A stretch of 35,564 bases of DNA from Candidatus Hadarchaeales archaeon (GTDB taxonomy: Archaea > Hadarchaeota > Hadarchaeia > Hadarchaeales > Hadarchaeaceae), in the NCBI GenBank assembly GCA_038872135.1, contig JAVZGN010000008.1, forward strand, positions 3,526-39,089. Direction: 5' to 3'. A model generated the notes under the pieces. It saw only the letters and a program-made list of their open reading frames with translations, did not search any database and was not told the DNA's origin. Numbering within the stretch: position 1 is the stretch's first letter; the number at the start of each line of letters is the position of its first letter. The translations under genes were made by a program, and so were the position numbers. This document shows, piece after piece, positions 9,178 to 17,839 of the stretch.

Positions 9178-9363
9178 GTGGGGCCTTTGAAAAGCCGGCT
9201 GGAAGAACTCATCGAGCTATCGAGAAAATTTCAGAAACTATCATTCAGAGAGAAACTTAAGCTAATGGACGAGGATCTGAAGGCATTGAAGAAGGCTCAC
9301 GGAAATAGACCGATCGGAGAAATCGTCAGGATGCTGGACAAAGCTAGGGGGCGGGTTCACTGA
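9178..9363 (+). CDS. Small basic helical protein, antitoxin-like partner
   Basis: 61 aa, directly upstream of and probably overlapping the nucleotidyltransferase gene. Confidence 0.6.
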   Translation: MGPLKSRLEELIELSRKFQKLSFREKLKLMDEDLKALKKAHGNRPIGEIVRMLDKARGRVH

Positions 9364-9905
9364 GGGGCTTTGCTGGAGCGATTTTTGAGGTGGCTTCTGC
9401 TTTGGACCGTTTGAAAATCCAATATTTCATCGCAGGAGGGGTTGCTGCAAGATATTATGGCGTGCCGAGGATGACAATAGATGTTGATATCGCGATTCAA
9501 AAATTAGAGAAGGAAGTTGCGCTCAAACTTTTAGATGTTCTCTGTAAGAAGGATAGAAGATTGAAGCAAGAAAAAGCGTTGAAAATTCTCACCGAGGGAG
9601 GAATTTTGCGTGTGGACTGGATGGATGTCACTACTGTAGATTTGATAGTGGGGTGGGCTCCTGATTTTTTCAGGCGTGTAAAGAAGGATCGGGAAACTGG
9701 TCTAAAGATAATTTCACCGGAAGATCTCATCCTCTCGAAACTTGAGTCGATAAAAAAATGTAAGTTGGAAACTGCTAGGTGGAAAGATGCTGAAGACATT
9801 CAAGTTCTTCTGAACACCAGAAGGCTTGACCTGAAATACCTCCGGAAGAAGGCTAAGCAGCTTGGAGTGTCGTCTTTGCTGAAGAAATTTTTGAAAAAAG
9901 ATTAG
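9360..9905 (+). CDS. Pol-beta-superfamily nucleotidyltransferase (DUF6036/AbiEii-like); start CTG 9360 or GTG 9390
   Basis: YFIAGGVAARYYGVPRMTIDVDI (GG...RxTxDxD), SPEDLILSKL, RWKDAEDI. Confidence 0.8.
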   Translation: MRGFAGAIFEVASALDRLKIQYFIAGGVAARYYGVPRMTIDVDIAIQKLEKEVALKLLDVLCKKDRRLKQEKALKILTEGGILRVDWMDVTTVDLIVGWAPDFFRRVKKDRETGLKIISPEDLILSKLESIKKCKLETARWKDAEDIQVLLNTRRLDLKYLRKKAKQLGVSSLLKKFLKKD

Positions 9906-10005
9906 GTAAACCCCACCACCTCTTGCCGCTCTAGGTTGCTCCTGCCAATGCCCCGAATATTCTATCCCGCCCGCATTTTTAGGATTGGCCGCATAACAAT
10001 TTCTG

Positions 10006-10770
10006 ATGGCTGATGAATTCTGCGAGGGTGAAAAAGCGGTTCTGCTAGATGAGAAAGGAAAAAAGTACCTGGTTAGAGTTGAGAAAAAAATTCTACACAC
10101 AAATCTAGGGAAGGTGAACATCGGAGAACTTGTAGGGGGAGAAGCAGGCACTCTCCTACTCTCCCATCTTGGAAAGAAGTTCATCGCCCTGAAGCCATCA
10201 ATCGTCGACTATCTCCAGAAGTTGCGAAGGGTTCCTCAGATAATGCTACCCAAGGACGCTGCTCAGATAGTTGCACACACCTCTGTCGGCCCCGGAAGCC
10301 TTGTGGTCGACGCTGGAGGGGGTTCCGGCGCCCTGGCTATCTTTCTCGGGCATATCGTGAGGCCAAACGGGCGGGTAATTTCCTATGAGGTGAGGGAAGA
10401 CTTCGCAAAAATTATTGAGGAAAATGTGAAACAGGCGGGGCTTTCAGATGTTGTGACGGTAAAAGTGAAAAATGTCTATGATGGGATTGACGAAACCAAT
10501 GTTGATCTGGTAACTGCAGATGTGCCCAGTCCAGAGTTGGTCATTCCTCACGCTGAAAAAGCGCTGAAAGTCGGGGGCTACATGGCAATTTTCTGCCCAT
10601 GCGTGGAGCACCTCCAAAGGATATATCCCACCCTTCATGCGGGGAGATTTGCGGAGATAAAAACAATTGAATGCTTGGTGAGGGAAATCGAGGTGAAAGA
10701 AAAAGGCACGAGACCTAGTACAAGGATGATCGCACACACAGGATATCTGACATTCGCAAGGCGAGTTTAA
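10006..10770 (+). CDS. trmI: tRNA (adenine-N1, m1A57/58) methyltransferase
   Basis: PQIMLPKDAAQI, DAGGGSGAL, SYEVREDF, TRPSTRMIAHTGYLTFAR. Confidence 0.95.
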   Translation: MADEFCEGEKAVLLDEKGKKYLVRVEKKILHTNLGKVNIGELVGGEAGTLLLSHLGKKFIALKPSIVDYLQKLRRVPQIMLPKDAAQIVAHTSVGPGSLVVDAGGGSGALAIFLGHIVRPNGRVISYEVREDFAKIIEENVKQAGLSDVVTVKVKNVYDGIDETNVDLVTADVPSPELVIPHAEKALKVGGYMAIFCPCVEHLQRIYPTLHAGRFAEIKTIECLVREIEVKEKGTRPSTRMIAHTGYLTFARRV

Positions 10771-10798
10771 CTTCAGCGAATGCTCGAAAATCAGATCC

Positions 10799-11647
10799 TC
10801 AAAGAGAAGCCATCAGCATCCCGAGGAACACCAGAAAAGCTCCACCCACTGCTCTCCTGCTCGCCCTTTCACCTGCTAGGAAGAGGGCAAAGATGAAACC
10901 AAACGCCACCTTTCCTCCCAAAAATGGTGCAATAGAGCTCGCCGACTCAAGGCTCAGAGCTGAGAGCCAGAGAACAAAGCCCAAGAAAAACGCAAAGAGC
11001 CCAGAAAGGAGCGAAAGCCCCCACCCCTTCCTCGAAACCTGTGCACTTTTCTCCCTTTTGGCTAGATACGCGCCCGCACACCCTGCCGTTGCTGCAGAGA
11101 TCCTGACGGCCTGATAGAGGAGCAGAGGCATTCCAAGCATCACGCAATATTTTGAGAGAGGAAGAGTGAAGCCCCAGAGGATGGCAACGGCCAATCCTGG
11201 CCCCACCAAGCGCCACTTCACCTTCCAGCCCTTTCCAGAGAGAAGATAAACTCCTGCGATCACAAGTGCCACCGCTATCCCAGTGGAAACCTGCAGCGCC
11301 TCCCCCAAAAGCAGCAGAGAGAATATCGTCCCCCACAACAGATCCGTGTTCCCAATGGGAATGAGGATGTGAGCGGAACTCTGTTTCATGAGGTGAAAGT
11401 ATAGCTCGACTCCCACGAACTCTGCTATGAGTCCTGCCAGAGCCGCCAGCAAAAGCAACTCTAAAGAAACATCTACAAGCTGGCCGGCGAAAATCACAGA
11501 AGGAAAGATGAATAGGAGAGAAAAGAGTCCCCGAACAGCGTTGAACCTGAGTACCCCCACCTCCTTCAGCGCCAGCTTCCCGAGCACTTGATCTAATCCC
11601 CAGCAGGCGGTTGCCCCAATCGCAAGGAAGGCAGCAATGATGCTCAT
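10799..11647 (-). CDS. EamA/DMT family transporter
   Basis: 282 aa, about 10 TM in two repeats (LLLGEA / FLAGERA). Confidence 0.88.
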   Translation of the reverse strand: MSIIAAFLAIGATACWGLDQVLGKLALKEVGVLRFNAVRGLFSLLFIFPSVIFAGQLVDVSLELLLLAALAGLIAEFVGVELYFHLMKQSSAHILIPIGNTDLLWGTIFSLLLLGEALQVSTGIAVALVIAGVYLLSGKGWKVKWRLVGPGLAVAILWGFTLPLSKYCVMLGMPLLLYQAVRISAATAGCAGAYLAKREKSAQVSRKGWGLSLLSGLFAFFLGFVLWLSALSLESASSIAPFLGGKVAFGFIFALFLAGERASRRAVGGAFLVFLGMLMASL

Positions 11648-11759
11648 CGATTATTTCTAGATTTCCCCCTCTAAAGACTTCCAAGCGACATGTTCTCACC
11701 ATTTGCTCAACCAATAGGTATAGCGTTTAAACTGGGGAAAATGAGGTGATAAAGAGATA

Positions 11760-12974
11760 ATGCATCCTTCAAAAGACATCACCGGAACTAAAGGAAGCGA
11801 GCTAACGGGGAGGAAAATTGCCCTCTGCGTCACCGGAAGTGTTGCTGCAGTAAGGGCCCCGGAACTCGCCAGGGAGCTCATGCGGCATGGAGCTGATGTC
11901 AGGGGCGTGATGAGCCAGGAAGCCACAAAGTTGATAACCCCTGAGCTCCTCCACTGGGCAACTGGCAATGAAGTTATCACATCTCTCACAGGGAGGATCG
12001 AACATGTGAAGATCGCACAGTGGGCAGATCTCATCCTCGTCGCCCCCGCCACCGCAAACACCATAGGAAAGATTGCCTGCGCAATTGATGACACTCCGGT
12101 TACTTCCGTGGTTTCTGTGGCTGTCGGCCTTCAGAAGCCGGTTGTGGTAGTCCCAGCGATGCACGAGAGCATGTATATGCACCCCATCCTCCGGGAAAAT
12201 CTTGGAAAGCTGAGGGATGCAGGAATTCAAGTCATTGAACCTCTTGTTGAAGAGGGCAAGGCAAAATTCCCACCAGTTGGAAAAATCGTAGATTTTATCA
12301 TGCAGATGCTGGGACCTAAGGATCTGGCTGGTGTTAGGGTCCTGGTCACGGCCGGTCCAACCATAGAGTACATAGATCCCGTCAAGATAATCACCAACAG
12401 GAGTTCTGGAAAGATGGGAATTGCGTTTGCCAGAAGCGCTGCCCTCAGAGGCGCAGATGTAACGCTAATCTACGGTCCAGGTAGTGAAACACCACCATGG
12501 GGGATAAAAACGATTAGAGTCGAGACCACGGCGGAGATGAAAGAGGCTTTTGAAAAAGAGCTTGAGAAGAAACCCCACCTCATCATCTGTGCTGCTGCTC
12601 CCCAAGACTTCACGGTTGCCGACCGAAGCCCCACAAAGCTCAGGCATGAGGAAGAAATGACCTTGAAACTCAAGCCAGCCCCACGCATCTTGGACGATGT
12701 GAGGGGCGCTGTTCCAGAAGCCTTTGTCGTTGGCTTCAAAGCAGAGTGGGCGGTTGACGACCATTCCCTCGCGGAAATTGCGAGGAGAAAGCTGGAAGCC
12801 AATCGCCTGGATGTTGTTGTGGCAAACGACCTCGCGAGGCCGGGAGCAGGTTTTGGCACCGACACAAATGAAGTTGTAATAGCCACGAAAACTCAAACTC
12901 TTTCTCTAAAAGGCACAAAAGAAGAAATCGCAAAAACAATTCTTGATCTCTTCCTTAAGCAGAGGCACAAATGA
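11760..12974 (+). CDS. coaBC: Bifunctional phosphopantothenoylcysteine decarboxylase/synthase
   Basis: VTGSVAA, APATANTIGK, PAMHESMY, VTAGPTIEYIDPVKIITNRSSGKMG, VGFKAE; SD GAGGTGA. Confidence 0.97.
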   Translation: MHPSKDITGTKGSELTGRKIALCVTGSVAAVRAPELARELMRHGADVRGVMSQEATKLITPELLHWATGNEVITSLTGRIEHVKIAQWADLILVAPATANTIGKIACAIDDTPVTSVVSVAVGLQKPVVVVPAMHESMYMHPILRENLGKLRDAGIQVIEPLVEEGKAKFPPVGKIVDFIMQMLGPKDLAGVRVLVTAGPTIEYIDPVKIITNRSSGKMGIAFARSAALRGADVTLIYGPGSETPPWGIKTIRVETTAEMKEAFEKELEKKPHLIICAAAPQDFTVADRSPTKLRHEEEMTLKLKPAPRILDDVRGAVPEAFVVGFKAEWAVDDHSLAEIARRKLEANRLDVVVANDLARPGAGFGTDTNEVVIATKTQTLSLKGTKEEIAKTILDLFLKQRHK

Positions 12975-13885
12975 TGAAGATATCGACGTTTGCCCCCGCC
13001 CACATCTCTGGATTTTTCCAACCATGTATTCATGAGGACCCTGAGAGATCTGGCTCGCGCAACTGTGGTCCTTGTCTCACACTCGGTGTTCTCACAAAAG
13101 TCTCTGCTGAGCAGTCACACAAAACCAGGGTAGAAGTCTCAATCAACGGCCGGCGGGAGAGAACTGCATTCACCACTATTTCTGCCGTGGAAAAAATTCT
13201 GGCTCTCAGCACTGGTCGCTGGAAGATAAAAATCGACCACTTGTGTCAAATCCCTGTGGGTGCCGGCTATGGGGCAAGCGGTGCCGGAACTCTTGGCGCT
13301 ACTTTTGGGGTTGCCCGCGCCCTCGGTCTCAATCTCTCCCCTCAAAAACTGGTTTCGATCGCCCATGTTGCTGAGGTCACCTGCCGTACCGGCCTCGGGG
13401 ATGTCGGGGCCCAAGCAACCGGCGGGTTAGTTATTGGTAGAAAAGCCGGGGCGCCACCCTGGGGGAGATGGCAGAGAATTCCAACTCCGAGAGACCTCTG
13501 GGTTGTCTGCTGCACCCTGGGAAAAATAAAAACCTCAAGCTGCCTGAGAGATGAAGAATTTCTGAAGCGCGCGCAGCTTCTCGGAAAATCTGCTGTCAAC
13601 AGAATCCTGAGAGCGCCCACCCTCAAAAATTTTCTTCATCTCTCAAAGGAGTTTGCTGGGAACCTCGGCCTTCTCGACAGCGCCCTCTCCCAGCTCATAG
13701 AAACTGCTGAAAGGGCGGGGGCGATTGGAGCCAGCCAGACGATGCTGGGGAAAGGCATCTTTGCATTTACTACATCAAAGAGAAAAAACTCTGTGAAGAC
13801 GGCGCTGGAGGAAGTCTGCGGAAGAGGGTTCACCTTCGCCACAAAAATATATTCAAAATCTCTCCTCGTGAACAACCTGGCTTAG
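12971..13885 (+). CDS. Pantoate kinase (GHMP family, archaeal PoK)
   Basis: FAPAHISGFF, PVGAGYGASGAG, AHVAEV...TGLGDV, ASQTMLG; coupled to coaBC. Confidence 0.9.
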   Translation: MMKISTFAPAHISGFFQPCIHEDPERSGSRNCGPCLTLGVLTKVSAEQSHKTRVEVSINGRRERTAFTTISAVEKILALSTGRWKIKIDHLCQIPVGAGYGASGAGTLGATFGVARALGLNLSPQKLVSIAHVAEVTCRTGLGDVGAQATGGLVIGRKAGAPPWGRWQRIPTPRDLWVVCCTLGKIKTSSCLRDEEFLKRAQLLGKSAVNRILRAPTLKNFLHLSKEFAGNLGLLDSALSQLIETAERAGAIGASQTMLGKGIFAFTTSKRKNSVKTALEEVCGRGFTFATKIYSKSLLVNNLA

Positions 13886-14374
13886 GGGCAGTCTTGGAGG
13901 AGTCCTTGGCTTTTCCGCCGGCCTTCCGATTGGGATGATGGCTACCGGCCTGACTCCAGCAGGAGCCCCAACTATCCTGGCGACTTTTTCCTCTTCAAAT
14001 GCCCCAACCCAGCAGCTCCCGTAGCCTAGGGCATGTGCTGCAAGCATCATGTTTTCAACCGCTGCCGCCGTATCCTGGATACAATATAACTCGGCCCCTC
14101 TCCTCCCATATCTGCTGGAGCTTCTTTTTGTGTTTGCGCAGACAACGATCACAACGGGGGCTTCGACCACCTGCTCCTGCCCGAGGGCAGCTGCCGAAAG
14201 CTTCTCCTTTGTCTCCCTGCTTTTGACAACGATGAAGTCCCAGGGCTGACAGTTTCCAGCCGATGGAGCTAGGATTCCGGCCTCAAGAATTTTCTGCAGG
14301 TCCCCTTCACTCACGGGATCTTCCCTAAAGCTCCTTATGCTTCTCCGTCCCCTTATCGCCTCAAAAGTATCCAT
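13853..14374 (-). CDS. Nitroreductase family flavoprotein
   Basis: RRSIRSF, APSAGNCQPWDF, LAAHALGYGSCWVGAF. Confidence 0.93.
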   Translation of the reverse strand: MDTFEAIRGRRSIRSFREDPVSEGDLQKILEAGILAPSAGNCQPWDFIVVKSRETKEKLSAAALGQEQVVEAPVVIVVCANTKRSSSRYGRRGAELYCIQDTAAAVENMMLAAHALGYGSCWVGAFEEEKVARIVGAPAGVRPVAIIPIGRPAEKPRTPPRLPLSQVVHEERF

Positions 14375-14417
14375 CAGAGGCTATTTTAGGGGAGGAAATA
14401 AAAAGATTTGGGGAAAA

Positions 14418-14666
14418 ATGGTGGAGTTCTCGGAGCTGAACTGGATAGTCGAAAAAGCCTCAGAAATGCTCAACGATAAGGTGAAGGATGGCCCTCTTTC
14501 TGACAAGGATGTGGAGGTAGCTTTTGAGCTCTTCGCGAAGCCCCGGCTCGCTTCTCTGGAACCATCCTTCTCCAGTGACCTCGAAAGGGCCCAGGCCAGA
14601 GACTATATAATGATGAAGCTGCAGGATAGAATGAAGCAACTCAACTCCGAACACTGGGGGAAATGA
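14418..14666 (+). CDS. Hypothetical helical protein, 82 aa
   Basis: ATG 14418 chosen because the longer ORF overlaps the nitroreductase; stop lies 1 nt before the next ATG. Confidence 0.7.
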   Translation: MVEFSELNWIVEKASEMLNDKVKDGPLSDKDVEVAFELFAKPRLASLEPSFSSDLERAQARDYIMMKLQDRMKQLNSEHWGK

Positions 14667-14667
14667 A

Positions 14668-15150
14668 ATGAAAGTTGGAATCTTCGCGCTGGGTCTCCAT
14701 CCAAGACCGATAGAGCTCCTGCTGGAGAAGAGAAAATTTGACATCTGCCATTTGATCGCTTCCAAAGACGGCTTGGGGTATGTAGCAAAGGAGCACGGAT
14801 ATTCCATTCCTAACTCTCAGGTTGTAAAAAAAGCTGCAGCAAAAGGGCGCAGCAAGCTGAAGATTTATGAGTGCGATCCATTTGATCCAGAGTCCATCAG
14901 TGATGCCCTCGGCCAGATCCTCGAGCAGTTAAAAATGAACGATGAAGTCACGATCAACTACAGCAGCGGAACCCAGGTCATGAGCCTTATTCTCGGCTCC
15001 GTCGCAATCGTCCTCTCAAGGATAATGCCCGTAAAAATCATTTATTCTACAAAAGCCGTTAGCGGAAAGGAAGAGATTCTTGATCACACAGAGGCCCTGA
15101 AAGATTTCTTTAGCCGCCTGCAGGAAATAGTCCCAGCAATTTCCATCTAA
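14668..15150 (+). CDS. Stand-alone CARF-like (Rossmann fold) protein
   Basis: N-terminal strand plus loop IFALGLHPRPI, CHLIAS, DPFDPESI, and VTINYSSGTQVMSL resembling CARF motif II (D/N-x-T/S-G-G-x-K/R-x-M), then IIYS. Confidence 0.65.
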   Translation: MKVGIFALGLHPRPIELLLEKRKFDICHLIASKDGLGYVAKEHGYSIPNSQVVKKAAAKGRSKLKIYECDPFDPESISDALGQILEQLKMNDEVTINYSSGTQVMSLILGSVAIVLSRIMPVKIIYSTKAVSGKEEILDHTEALKDFFSRLQEIVPAISI

Positions 15151-15151
15151 T

Positions 15152-15421
15152 TTATGGAATGTGGCCAACCCAGATGTAGTAGATCCCGAGCAGACAGAGA
15201 ATCGTGAGGATCAAAAGCCCAACGCCCCACTTTGTGGCTTGGGCCTTTACGCAGATGTAGCCGAAGAGACCCGCCCCACCCGCGAGCAGAAGGAGATAGA
15301 TGGTCAAGACTGCCTGCCCCGCTATCCTTGCAAGACCCTCCAGAGTAAGAGCATAAATGGGCAGGGCGATCAAAATTATGGCGAGAACCCCTAGGAGGAT
15401 CCATCCCTTCACCTTTTTCAC
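15152..15421 (-). CDS. Small membrane protein, 3 TM
   Basis: 89 aa hydrophobic ORF filling the gap between the CARF-like gene and ABCE1. Confidence 0.7.
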   Translation of the reverse strand: MKKVKGWILLGVLAIILIALPIYALTLEGLARIAGQAVLTIYLLLLAGGAGLFGYICVKAQATKWGVGLLILTILCLLGIYYIWVGHIP

Positions 15422-15462
15422 CCTATTTTATTAGCCGGTGGTGGGTTTAAATAGATGGTCCC

Positions 15463-17205
15463 ATGCCGAGACTGGCTGTTCTGGACAGGGAGGCCTGCCA
15501 GCCAAAGCTCTGCTCAACTGAGTGTCTCAAGTACTGTCCAGGGGTAAGAATGGGGGATGAAACAATCATTATTGATGAAGGGACGGGGATGCCGAGGATC
15601 TCCGAGACACTTTGCAGGGGGTGCGGCATCTGTATTCATAAGTGTCCGTTCGGCGCAATCACCATCGTAAACCTACCGGAAGCTCTCGAGGGCCAGTGCA
15701 TCCACAGGTATGGGGAGAACGGTTTTGCTCTATATCGCCTCCCGATCCCGAAAGAAGGATGTGTGGTTGGATTGATTGGTAAAAATGGAATTGGAAAAAC
15801 TACCATTGTCCAGATCTTGGCCGGCCTCCTGAAGCCAAATCTCGGAGGTACAGGAGAAGCATCGGAACAGCAGTTGGCCGAATTCTTCAAGGGATCAGAG
15901 CTTCAGAATTATTTTGCCTCGAGAAAAAGAATCGCCTACAAGCCTCAGGGCATCACTGATATCCCGAAAGTAAAGGCGGGCTCTGTGGACGATGTAATCT
16001 CCAACCTCCGAGAGAGGGTGGTGGAGGCGCTGGGGCTAGGGCCGCTGAAGGGGAGAAAAATAGAGGAGCTGAGCGGGGGGGAACTCCAGCGACTGGCAAT
16101 AGCTCTCGTCGCTGAAAAGGATGCCGACATCTATTTCTTCGATGAACCAAGCTCTCATCTCGACATCAACCAAAGGCTGAAGGCAGCAGGGGTTATCAGG
16201 GGACTGGCGGAGAGTGGGAAAGCTGTGGTGGTGGTTGAGCATGACCTCGCCCTGCTGGACTACATGTGCGACCAGGTTCATGTGATTTACGGGAAGGCTG
16301 GAGCCTACGGGGTGGTTTCTGCCCCCTATGGGGTCAGGGTCGGCATAAACATTTATCTTAATGGTTACCTTCCCAGCGAGAATGTCAGGTTTAGAAAAGA
16401 GGAGGTGAGATTCGAGGTCAGGCCACCACCGAGGGCCGGGGAAGAGGGAAAAGTCCTCTTCAGATATCCTCGACTCAAGAAGAAGTTTGACGGATTTTCT
16501 CTTGAGGTCTCAGGGGGAGAGATTAGAGAAGGGGAAGTGATAGGGATAGTTGGTCCTAACGGGATTGGAAAGACAACTTTCATCAGAATGCTCGCCGGAG
16601 AAATTCTGCCTGATGAAGGAAGAATTGAGGTTCCACTCTCCATCTCCTACAAGCCCCAGTATCCGGAAATTCATGGAGATTTCACCGTGAGAGAGTGGCT
16701 GAGAAGTGTTGCCCCGGAACCCGATCCATTTTTTGAGCCGGAAGTTCTCCAGCCACTGGGGCTCCTTCCCCTTCTCGACAGAAAAATTGATGGACTGAGC
16801 GGCGGGGAACTCCAGCGGGTGGCGATAGCCGGTTGCCTCGGGAAAAAGGCAGACATCTATCTCCTGGATGAACCAAGCGCCTATCTAGATGTTGAGGAGA
16901 GGTTGCTTGTTGCAAGCGCCATCAAAAGGGTTGTTGGGAAAAAGGGGACGGCAGGGATAGTCGTGGATCACGATGTCTTGAAAATAGACAGCATCTCAAC
17001 CCGCCTAATAGTTTTTTCAGGGACTCCTGGGGTTCAGGGGAATGCAGAGGCGCCGCTTGGGATGAGAGATGGAATGAACATCTTCCTCCGGGAGCTTGGG
17101 ATAACCTTCAGAAGGGACCCCCAGACTGGGAGGCCGAGGGCAAACAAGCCGGGAAGTGTGATGGACAGGGAGCAGAGGGAGAAAGGAGAATATTTTTACA
17201 CATAG
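15463..17205 (+). CDS. Ribosome recycling ATPase ABCE1/RLI
   Basis: N-terminal 2x[4Fe-4S] domain (CQPKLC...C...CP; CRGCGICIHKCP), two NBDs (GKNGIGKT, GPNGIGKT, LSGGELQR twice), TFRRDPQTGRPRANK. Confidence 0.98.
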   Translation: MPRLAVLDREACQPKLCSTECLKYCPGVRMGDETIIIDEGTGMPRISETLCRGCGICIHKCPFGAITIVNLPEALEGQCIHRYGENGFALYRLPIPKEGCVVGLIGKNGIGKTTIVQILAGLLKPNLGGTGEASEQQLAEFFKGSELQNYFASRKRIAYKPQGITDIPKVKAGSVDDVISNLRERVVEALGLGPLKGRKIEELSGGELQRLAIALVAEKDADIYFFDEPSSHLDINQRLKAAGVIRGLAESGKAVVVVEHDLALLDYMCDQVHVIYGKAGAYGVVSAPYGVRVGINIYLNGYLPSENVRFRKEEVRFEVRPPPRAGEEGKVLFRYPRLKKKFDGFSLEVSGGEIREGEVIGIVGPNGIGKTTFIRMLAGEILPDEGRIEVPLSISYKPQYPEIHGDFTVREWLRSVAPEPDPFFEPEVLQPLGLLPLLDRKIDGLSGGELQRVAIAGCLGKKADIYLLDEPSAYLDVEERLLVASAIKRVVGKKGTAGIVVDHDVLKIDSISTRLIVFSGTPGVQGNAEAPLGMRDGMNIFLRELGITFRRDPQTGRPRANKPGSVMDREQREKGEYFYT

Positions 17206-17225
17206 AGATAGGGGTGAGGGAAAAG

Positions 17226-17495
17226 ATGGGAATCTTGGAGGACATCAACTGGCTGAAGTCAAATGCCGATGGGTGGGGGAAAATATTTGAAATAGTTGCA
17301 GGTAGCCGGACCATTTCCATCCCAGAGATAAAGGAGAAATATGGGGGGGAGGACTGGTGGCCGGTGAAGAGCTACATCACAATTTTGAAGGCAAGGGGGC
17401 TTGTGGCTGAAGAAAATGGTTTGATCTCACTTACCGAGCAGGGAAAGAAGGTTCATGAGACGATGAAGACCATAGAGGAGGTTGCAACCGTCTAG
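17226..17495 (+). CDS. Winged-helix protein
   Basis: VKSYITILKARGLVAEENGLISLTEQG wing motif; ATG 17226 behind GGGGTGAGG. Confidence 0.72.
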   Translation: MGILEDINWLKSNADGWGKIFEIVAGSRTISIPEIKEKYGGEDWWPVKSYITILKARGLVAEENGLISLTEQGKKVHETMKTIEEVATV

Positions 17496-17710
17496 AGGAG
17501 AATTTCCAGAACGTTTCCCCCTTTAAGGAAAATCAGCTTGTGCTTTCTGTGAGTGTCCAGCTCCTCGGCCTCCTCCAGGATGATGTTTGTGTGCTCGTCA
17601 ACCTGAATCATTTTGCCTTTGAACCTCCTTCCGTCCTTGACGATGACCTCCACTTCCTGACCAACGAACCTCTCGAGGCCTTTTATCGGAGCTTCTTCCA
17701 TCTGTGGCAA
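17492..17710 (-). CDS. Sm-like (Lsm/SmAP) RNA-binding protein
   Basis: Sm1 VIVKDGRRFKGKMIQVDEHTNIILEEAEE, Sm2 IFLKGGNV; TATA-like TTTTAT about 20 nt upstream suggests a leaderless transcript. Confidence 0.9.
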   Translation of the reverse strand: MPQMEEAPIKGLERFVGQEVEVIVKDGRRFKGKMIQVDEHTNIILEEAEELDTHRKHKLIFLKGGNVLEILL

Positions 17711-17839
17711 ATATCTACACTCATGGGATAAAAGCTGTTCTCCCGCAGCTGTCGCACCAGTTACAATACTTTCTCACCTCCCACCCCAAAACCGGCAAAA
17801 GCACATGCTTGCCTACATGTGGTGAAGGGGGGTGATAAA

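Noticed and set aside
10947-11714. 255-aa same-strand alternative-frame ORF over the EamA gene
   Set aside because: No recognisable domain; the EamA frame explains the sequence.
17721-17777. Possible 18-aa Cys-rich peptide [18 protein letters not shown] upstream of the Sm gene
   Set aside because: Very short, only three Cys, and it overlaps the likely Sm promoter; no independent support.
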